A stretch of DNA of 37,001 nt from a virus, in IMG/VR virus record IMGVR_UViG_3300019476_000074, positions 1 through 37,001 of that record; one strand, given 5' to 3'. Each line of letters starts with the position of its first letter. The stretch's first letter is position 1. This document shows positions 31,861-37,001 of this stretch, one piece after another. The position numbers and the translations under genes were made by a program. Under the pieces are notes generated by a model. It worked only from the letters and a program-made list of their open reading frames with translations, was not told the origin of the DNA and ran no database searches.

Positions 31861-32475
31861 ATGGATAAGGAAGTGATAGAGCTATTAAATAAGGTGCAAA
31901 CGGAGTTAAAAGCCCCAAAGACACAAGAAAATAAGTTTGGCGGGTATAAATACCGCTCTTGTGAAGATATACTTGAGGCGCTAAAAGAGCTTGAAGCGAA
32001 ACATAGCTTTTGCACGCTCCTAAGTGATGAAATAATGCTTGTAGCCAACCGCATATACGTAAAGGCTACGGCTAAATTTGTATGTGAAAAAGGCGAAATA
32101 AGTGTAAGTGCCTATGCAAGAGAAGCCGAAACAAAAAAAGGTATGGACGAGGCACAAATAACTGGCTCCGCTTCAAGCTATGCTAGAAAATACGCGCTAA
32201 ACGGCTTATTTGCGATTGATGACACAAAAGACGCCGACGCTACAAATACGCACACCGATGAGCCAAAAGAGGGGCAAAAAGGCAAAGTTGCTTATATGAC
32301 GCCAGAGCAATTAAGCGACCTAACCCAGCTTTGCGAGGTTACGCACTCGGACATAGAGAAACTAACAGCATATTACAAGGTTAAATCGTTTTCGCAAGTG
32401 CCTTACGATAAGGCTAAAGCGGCGCTACTAGCTAAGCTTGAAAAGATAAAAGCTGAAAGCAAGAAAACGGCGTAA
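31861..32475 (+). CDS. erf: ERF-family single-strand annealing recombinase
   Basis: KFGGYKYRSCEDILEALK… and KKGMDEAQITGSASSYARKYALNGLFAIDDTKDAD match the conserved ERF core. Confidence 0.75.
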   Translation: MDKEVIELLNKVQTELKAPKTQENKFGGYKYRSCEDILEALKELEAKHSFCTLLSDEIMLVANRIYVKATAKFVCEKGEISVSAYAREAETKKGMDEAQITGSASSYARKYALNGLFAIDDTKDADATNTHTDEPKEGQKGKVAYMTPEQLSDLTQLCEVTHSDIEKLTAYYKVKSFSQVPYDKAKAALLAKLEKIKAESKKTA

Positions 32476-32485
32476 GGAGAAAACG

Positions 32486-32668
32486 ATGAAAGAGAAACAA
32501 AGCAATGTCGTAAGCATAAGACTAGATGATGAAACGCTAGCAAAACTAAAGGACGACGCACAAAAAGAGTATCGCCCTTTGGCTATGCACATAAGAAAAA
32601 TTTTAATGGAGTATATTAAAGAGAAAGAGCGGCTACTTATTTCTAGTGAGCCACCAGCTCGATTTTAA
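32486..32668 (+). CDS. Ribbon-helix-helix (CopG/Arc-like) protein
   Basis: VVSIRLDDETLAKLKDDAQKEYRPLAMHIRKILMEYI is a typical RHH pattern. Confidence 0.6.
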   Translation: MKEKQSNVVSIRLDDETLAKLKDDAQKEYRPLAMHIRKILMEYIKEKERLLISSEPPARF

Positions 32669-32730
32669 AAAGAAAGTTTATTTTAAAAATCTTTAAATAA
32701 AATTTGAAAATTTGTCTAAAGGTATAAGAA

Positions 32731-33453
32731 ATGGCGCTGCTTAGATGTTGGTATATCAATAAAAAACTAAAAAAAGAAGAAGAGTGGCTTATCCCAAAAG
32801 AAAATTCTTTAAAAAAAGAGGAGTTTTTACAAAAACTTGATCTTTACGACAAAGCTGATATTTTTTTACAAGACACTCTTTTTAAAGAGCTAATAAGTTT
32901 TAAATTTGTAGCGTATGCGATTATAAAATACATTGCAGTTTTTTTTATTACTCTTTTTATATTCGATAAGCTTTCTTATAGATCAGGTGATGATGCTTTT
33001 ATGTTTGCTATTATTTTAGCAGTGACCATAACTATCCTTTATAAAAATAAGGACGAACAAATAATTATCAATAGAATAAATGAGGCACGGATACAAATAG
33101 GGGCAAGCAGAACTAGAATATTAACTGATGCAGTAGAAACTCTTTTAAATAAAATAGAAGAACAAAAAAAGCCGATAAGTGACCAAGACATCAAAAGAGA
33201 AATACTACCAGCAGAGACTGACAATTACGTTTCTTTAAACGAGCAAGAAATAGACAACAACGAACCTGCTCCAGTTTCAAAAGAAACTATACTTAATATC
33301 TTGCAAGCACGAGAACATAGCAATTATAAGGATTATGAATTTATAGTTTTTATGGAGACACTCCTAAAAGGGGCAAAAGATAAAGAAACTATAGAAATAA
33401 TCCTAAAAACATTAGTTGAAGAATATAAAAAACCGAATAAGGACAAACAATGA
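32731..33453 (+). CDS. Membrane protein (240 aa, 2 TM) with acidic C-terminal half
   Basis: TM segments FVAYAIIKYIAVFFITLFIF and AFMFAIILAVTITILY. No family recognised. Confidence 0.55.
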   Translation: MALLRCWYINKKLKKEEEWLIPKENSLKKEEFLQKLDLYDKADIFLQDTLFKELISFKFVAYAIIKYIAVFFITLFIFDKLSYRSGDDAFMFAIILAVTITILYKNKDEQIIINRINEARIQIGASRTRILTDAVETLLNKIEEQKKPISDQDIKREILPAETDNYVSLNEQEIDNNEPAPVSKETILNILQAREHSNYKDYEFIVFMETLLKGAKDKETIEIILKTLVEEYKKPNKDKQ

Positions 33454-33833
33454 ATGATGAAATAGAAAAAACAATGCTCGATACACTAGAGAAAGAGGCA
33501 AATATCGGCAAAATAAAGGCTGATCTCGAAGAAGCAAAGGCTAATAGAGCTTATAATGGCTACAAAAAACGCCAAAAGCAAGAGCAGGGTTTGCAAGAGG
33601 CTATGGACGATAACATCGTAAAGCGTGTATGTAAAGAGCTAGGCATAACTCAAAGAGAGTTAGCGGAGAGGATAGGAATGAGCGAGGGCGGCTTGCGATC
33701 CGCGCTATCGCTTGGCAAAATAACGCCGCAAGTCGAAAAGGCGTGCGAAATGGTTTTAAAAATTTACGAGCTTGAAAAAGAGCTTGAAAATTATAAAATC
33801 TTACAAAATGCCTTAAAATCGATGATTGTTTAA
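33450..33833 (+). CDS. HTH protein (127 aa), paralogue of 36378-36608
   Basis: VKRVCKELGITQRELAERIGMSEGGLRSALSLGKITPQVEKACEMVLKIYELEKELE parallels FCKEYDFTYGELAEKIGWGDASFRATIGSGKISDQTAAAIELLRENIALKAELE. Confidence 0.6.
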   Translation: MNDEIEKTMLDTLEKEANIGKIKADLEEAKANRAYNGYKKRQKQEQGLQEAMDDNIVKRVCKELGITQRELAERIGMSEGGLRSALSLGKITPQVEKACEMVLKIYELEKELENYKILQNALKSMIV

Positions 33834-33835
33834 TG

Positions 33836-33850
33836 GCTGGGATTTCCAGC
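33836..33850 (+). terminator. Weak terminator GCTGG-gattt-CCAGC followed by tattaaaaatttt
   Basis: A 5-bp GC stem lies 3 nt after the stop of 33450-33833. Confidence 0.4.
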
Positions 33851-33913
33851 TATTAAAAATTTTAATTCAAAACACCTTTTTGCTTTTTTTGTTTTAATCC
33901 ACAATAAAAACTC

Positions 33914-33942
33914 TTGACTTATGTTTTATAAACTGATATAAT
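33914..33942 (+). promoter_or_regulatory. Consensus sigma70-type promoter TTGACT-N17-TATAAT
   Basis: TTGACT at 33914-19, a 17-nt spacer, then TATAAT at 33937-42. It lies about 40 nt upstream of ATG 33982 (SD aaagggga). Confidence 0.7.
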
Positions 33943-33981
33943 TCCCGCATAAATATTTTAAATCCAAACAAAGGGGATTAA

Positions 33982-34680
33982 ATGCAGTCATTATTCCAAA
34001 CAGAGCCAGCACAAGTTGAAATTCTAAATTTTAAAACCTTTACTTCTGAATACGTGGCAGAACGTTACGGCGTGAGCGAAAAGACAATCAGAGATCACAA
34101 GCGAGAGCACGCTGACGAAATCGTCGAGGATATTCATTTTGTCGTAGTTAAAAACGACCGCAACCGCCCACTCATTAAATGGACTTTGCGTGGCATTATT
34201 AAGCTTGGCATGTTTATCAGAAGCAAAGAGGCTAAATACTTTAGGCTTTGGGCGGAGCAAGAGTTAGAAAAAACAATACTTAGCGAACTAACACTTGCAA
34301 AAGAGACCAGGCAAAAGAATTTATCCCTTGTTAGTAAAGTAGCCGACCTTAACGCTGTCTTGATCGATAACGCAAAACGTCACAAAAGAGAGATAAACGG
34401 CTACAAAAGCCAGCTAAAACAGCATAATGACAAGATAGTTGTTTTAAAGCACGAGCTAGAAAAGGCGAGTAGCCCACGCCCAAGCGATCCTATATACGAA
34501 CAGATAAAGGCAGAGCGTGACTACTACAAAGAGAGATACAAAAAGCTTTCACAAAGCAAAGACGAAACGATCATATTAAATTTAGCAAAGATACAAAAAG
34601 AGTTAGAAAAAAGCTATACAGCCATAGGAGCAGTTATGGCGTATGCTGACGGAGACGATTATTTTATAAAGAAAGGATAA
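33982..34680 (+). CDS. KilA-N/ORF6N-like DNA-binding protein with a coiled-coil C-terminus (antirepressor-like)
   Basis: N-terminal FTSEYVAERYGVSEKTIRDHKREHADEIVEDIHFVVV…WTLRGIIKLGMFIRSKEAKYFRLW resembles ORF6N/KilA-N domains. It has its own promoter. Confidence 0.45.
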   Translation: MQSLFQTEPAQVEILNFKTFTSEYVAERYGVSEKTIRDHKREHADEIVEDIHFVVVKNDRNRPLIKWTLRGIIKLGMFIRSKEAKYFRLWAEQELEKTILSELTLAKETRQKNLSLVSKVADLNAVLIDNAKRHKREINGYKSQLKQHNDKIVVLKHELEKASSPRPSDPIYEQIKAERDYYKERYKKLSQSKDETIILNLAKIQKELEKSYTAIGAVMAYADGDDYFIKKG

Positions 34681-34683
34681 TAA

Positions 34684-35514
34684 ATGTTTATAAATTTAGA
34701 GCAAAACACACCTGAGTGGCTAGAGTATCGCAGGACGAAGTTTAACGCTAGCGAGGCTGGCGACGTTATGGGTGTCGGCTTTAATAAGCCCTATGTATTA
34801 GCTCAGATCAAGAAAGGACAAAAAGCCGTTTTTGAAAATCAAGCTATGAAAAATGGCAAAAACTACGAGCCTGATCTTAGAGCGTGGCTAAATAAAACAA
34901 TGCACTATGATTTTATTCCAGTCGTAATGCAAAGCGACGATGACCCAAGATTTTCGGCAAGCCTTGATGGGCTAGATATTATGGCGGACACTATCTGCGA
35001 GATAAAATTTAGCGACGCTGAGTATAAGCAAGTAAAAGAGTGTGGCGTGCCAAGCAAAAAATACTACTATCAAGTGCAACACCAGCTATATGTGAGCGAG
35101 GCGAAAAAGTGTATCTTTGCCGTTGGACACCTAAATGATGACTTTGAGCTAGAAGCAGTCACTTGTGAGATTTTGCCAAACAAAAAGGCAATCAACGAGC
35201 TAAAAAATGCTTGGAACGCTTTTGAGGCGCAATACTTACAAGATGACGAGGCAAATAATGAGTGGCTTGAGCTTGCAAGCGAACTAAGCGAGCTAAACGC
35301 ACAAAAAAGTGAGCTAGAGGCAAAAATAGCCGAGCTAAAAGCCAAAGCTATTGAGAAAGCGGACGGCAGAGAGCAGGCACACTTTGGGCTAAGCGTGTAT
35401 AAGATCAACCGCAAAGCACAACCTGATTACAAGGGCTACTGCGAACACATGGGCTACGACGTGCCAAGCGAGTTTATCCGCCCTGAAAGCTCTAGTTGGG
35501 CGGTTAGAGTGTGA
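34684..35514 (+). CDS. YqaJ-like viral recombinase exonuclease (lambda Exo fold) with a coiled-coil C-terminal extension
   Basis: QNTPEWLEYRRTKFNASEAGDVMG, SASLDGLD and CEIKF are the YqaJ/PD-(D/E)xK motifs. Confidence 0.75.
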   Translation: MFINLEQNTPEWLEYRRTKFNASEAGDVMGVGFNKPYVLAQIKKGQKAVFENQAMKNGKNYEPDLRAWLNKTMHYDFIPVVMQSDDDPRFSASLDGLDIMADTICEIKFSDAEYKQVKECGVPSKKYYYQVQHQLYVSEAKKCIFAVGHLNDDFELEAVTCEILPNKKAINELKNAWNAFEAQYLQDDEANNEWLELASELSELNAQKSELEAKIAELKAKAIEKADGREQAHFGLSVYKINRKAQPDYKGYCEHMGYDVPSEFIRPESSSWAVRV

Positions 35515-35810
35515 GAATTAGAAACGAATTTAGCCGTTTTATGCACGGCGTCGTTTTAAAAGAGCTTTGGGCGTTGCGATATTTAGAGATTAGAGAGCTC
35601 CACGTAGCGATACGCCCTTTTTATTTGGCGTTTGACACACTCAAGCAAGTGTTAAAACGCCTTGATACCGACTACCCAAAAGACAAAGAGGGTAAGCCCC
35701 TAAGCTACACAAAGCTAAACAACGAGGAAGTTTTGAGCCATATTGCCTTTATTGAACGGCTTATGAGCGAGAACCACCACGAAGCAAACTACTTAAAAGA
35801 GATGAAATAA
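35511..35810 (+). CDS. Hypothetical protein (99 aa)
   Basis: GTGA start/stop overlap with the exonuclease gene (the start codon is GTG, not ATG). Confidence 0.5.
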   Translation: MRIRNEFSRFMHGVVLKELWALRYLEIRELHVAIRPFYLAFDTLKQVLKRLDTDYPKDKEGKPLSYTKLNNEEVLSHIAFIERLMSENHHEANYLKEMK

Positions 35811-35812
35811 CC

Positions 35813-35839
35813 CAACTGTCAAGTTTTATTTGACAGTTG
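35813..35839. promoter_or_regulatory. Perfect 10-bp inverted repeat CAACTGTCAA-gttttat-TTGACAGTTG
   Basis: Lies between 35511-35810 and ssb. No U-tract follows on either strand, so it is more likely a protein-binding or RNA-processing hairpin than a classical terminator. Confidence 0.5.
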
Positions 35840-35867
35840 AAAACACGACTACATAAAGGATAAAACA

Positions 35868-36338
35868 ATGAATAAAGTAATAATGATAGGACATTTGGCT
35901 CGTGATATAGAGCTAAGATACACACAAAGCCAAATAGCGATAGGCAAAACTGCGATCGCCGTCACTCGCAAATACGCACTAAATGGCGAAAAAAGAGAAG
36001 AAACATGCTTTATTGATCTCACGTTTTTTGGCAAGAGTGCAGAGATAGCAAACCAGTATCTAGGCAAAGGCTCAAAGCTCGCCGTTGAGGGATATTTAAA
36101 ATTTGAGCAATGGCAAGATAACAACGGACAAAATCGCTCAAAGCACTCTATTGCCGTTGAGAGTATGGAAATGTTAGGCGACGCGAAACAAAACAATCAA
36201 GGCTATCAGCAAGGAGCGCCAAAGAAACCACAGCAGCAAAAACAGCCTCAACGTCAGCAATATAGCGAGCCACAATATCCTGAATACCCAGATATAGATA
36301 GCGACGAGATAGACGGCACCGATGAAATACCATTTTAA
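35868..36338 (+). CDS. ssb: Single-stranded DNA-binding protein
   Basis: OB-fold N-terminus (MNKVIMIGHLARDIELRYT), a Q/P-rich linker and the acidic tip DEIDGTDEIPF. Confidence 0.9.
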   Translation: MNKVIMIGHLARDIELRYTQSQIAIGKTAIAVTRKYALNGEKREETCFIDLTFFGKSAEIANQYLGKGSKLAVEGYLKFEQWQDNNGQNRSKHSIAVESMEMLGDAKQNNQGYQQGAPKKPQQQKQPQRQQYSEPQYPEYPDIDSDEIDGTDEIPF

Positions 36339-36377
36339 GGGGCGAGTTGATAAAATCGCCCTAAAAAAGGATAGACA

Positions 36378-36608
36378 ATGACAGCAGATGAAGTAAAGGC
36401 GTTTTGTAAAGAGTATGACTTCACGTATGGCGAGCTAGCCGAAAAGATAGGCTGGGGCGATGCAAGTTTTAGGGCGACTATTGGCAGTGGCAAAATAAGC
36501 GATCAAACAGCGGCTGCAATAGAGCTACTACGTGAAAATATTGCCCTAAAAGCAGAGCTTGAAGAGTGGCACTTGCTTAAATCTACGCTAAAAAAAGCCT
36601 TATCTTAA
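36378..36608 (+). CDS. HTH protein (76 aa), paralogue of 33450-33833
   Basis: See 33450-33833. It is the last gene before an AT-rich, promoter-like gap. Confidence 0.6.
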   Translation: MTADEVKAFCKEYDFTYGELAEKIGWGDASFRATIGSGKISDQTAAAIELLRENIALKAELEEWHLLKSTLKKALS

Positions 36609-36703
36609 TATATTTTTTGTAAAAAAATTAAAAATCTTTATAAAAATACAAAAAATAATTAATTATCTTTATATTTTTAAGCTTACTTTAATAAGATACT
36701 TAT

Positions 36704-36740
36704 TATAATTCTCTCATAAAGGTTAAGATAATTAACCTTT
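36704..36740 (+). promoter_or_regulatory. TATAAT box (36704-09) followed by 5'-leader hairpin AAAGGTTAA-gataa-TTAACCTTT (36718-40)
   Basis: The gap 36609-36766 is AT-rich. A 9-bp perfect stem lies just downstream of the putative start site and about 26 nt before ATG 36767. Confidence 0.4.
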
Positions 36741-36766
36741 AAATAAAAAAGAAAAAAGGATGAGAG

Positions 36767-37001
36767 ATGAAAAAGTTCTACGATGACGGAATATCAGAAA
36801 TCAAGTTGCAAAATGACGAAATAGTAAATTTAGGGGATAACCCATCAGGGATATTTATGTATAATGAAAGCGGCGAAATTGTAGGCTTTCAAAGTTATGA
36901 TAATTGCTTGTTTTACGGCGTAAATGAAGTAAAAGCAGTAAGATTTATAGACGATGATAAGTTTTACTCTGTTGGCGAGTTTGCCGATGAAGTATTTTTT
37001 A
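36767..37001 (+). CDS. 5' part of the wrap-around hypothetical protein (continues at base 128 of the window)
   Basis: ATG 36767 is preceded by aaaaggatgagag. An earlier ATG at 36760 hits a stop after 8 codons. The frame is open to the window end and continues into 128-153. Confidence 0.6.
   Translation, partial: MKKFYDDGISEIKLQNDEIVNLGDNPSGIFMYNESGEIVGFQSYDNCLFYGVNEVKAVRFIDDDKFYSVGEFADEVFF
36875..37001. repeat. Terminal overlap, copy 2 (identical to 1-127)
   Basis: See copy 1. Confidence 0.9.

Noticed and set aside
31785-31868. 27-aa ORF (MRLVEFYGEPNMTWGEFQKILERIKNG) bridging the 31798-31861 gap
   Set aside because: It has no SD before either candidate ATG and it is very short. It is possible, but not supportable from sequence alone.

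Overview
The first 127 nt of this AT-rich 37,001-nt window are repeated exactly at its end (1-127 = 36875-37001), and an ORF reads through the junction. I therefore read the window as one complete circular temperate tailed-phage genome of 36,874 bp, written with an assembler-style overlap. Sequence style and gene content look Campylobacter/epsilonproteobacterial, but that host call is inference only. All product calls come from motifs read by eye in the supplied translations; no database search was possible.

Layout:
1. A rightward early operon runs from about 31.0 kb, across the junction, to 3.4 kb. It carries a leader peptide, ERF annealase, an RHH protein, two paralogous HTH proteins, a KilA-N-like protein, a YqaJ exonuclease, SSB, many small hypotheticals, YopX and an Xis-like HTH.
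2. A P4-type tyrosine integrase (3389-4579, minus) sits next to an intact attP (4580-4927) containing a tRNA 3'-end mimic and arm repeats.
3. One continuous minus-strand gene train runs from 27251 down to 4928:
   - Replication and DNA processing: wHTH protein, replication initiator with an iteron origin inside its own gene, G39P-like loader, a 204-aa C5-methyltransferase, HNH, DUF1064.
   - Packaging and head: TerS, TerL, an HTH protein, portal, a scaffold-like protein, Gly-rich, coiled-coil and 1018-aa presumed internal virion proteins, major capsid.
   - Tail and lysis: collar-domain tail fibre, spanins, holin, GH108-like lysin, and three more late genes.
4. An immunity/moron island lies at 27.25-31.0 kb. 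It holds a CI-like S24 repressor, a small ORF plus a HEPN (Rx4H) protein, a secreted SNase-family nuclease, a lipoprotein and a small basic secreted protein. It is bracketed by two divergent control regions that share the same palindromic operator.

Most worth following up:
- a highly structured leader/ncRNA candidate of about 180-330 nt at 31.02-31.3 kb
- a set of promoter-associated, CRISPR-repeat-like hairpin units at 0.99-1.18 kb
- the HEPN cassette downstream of cI
- the miniature C5-MTase
- a 24-nt inverted-repeat site shared by an HTH gene and the capsid gene leader
- a tail-less-looking virion module with giant internal proteins

I cannot show that any of these is a new system. They are candidates.
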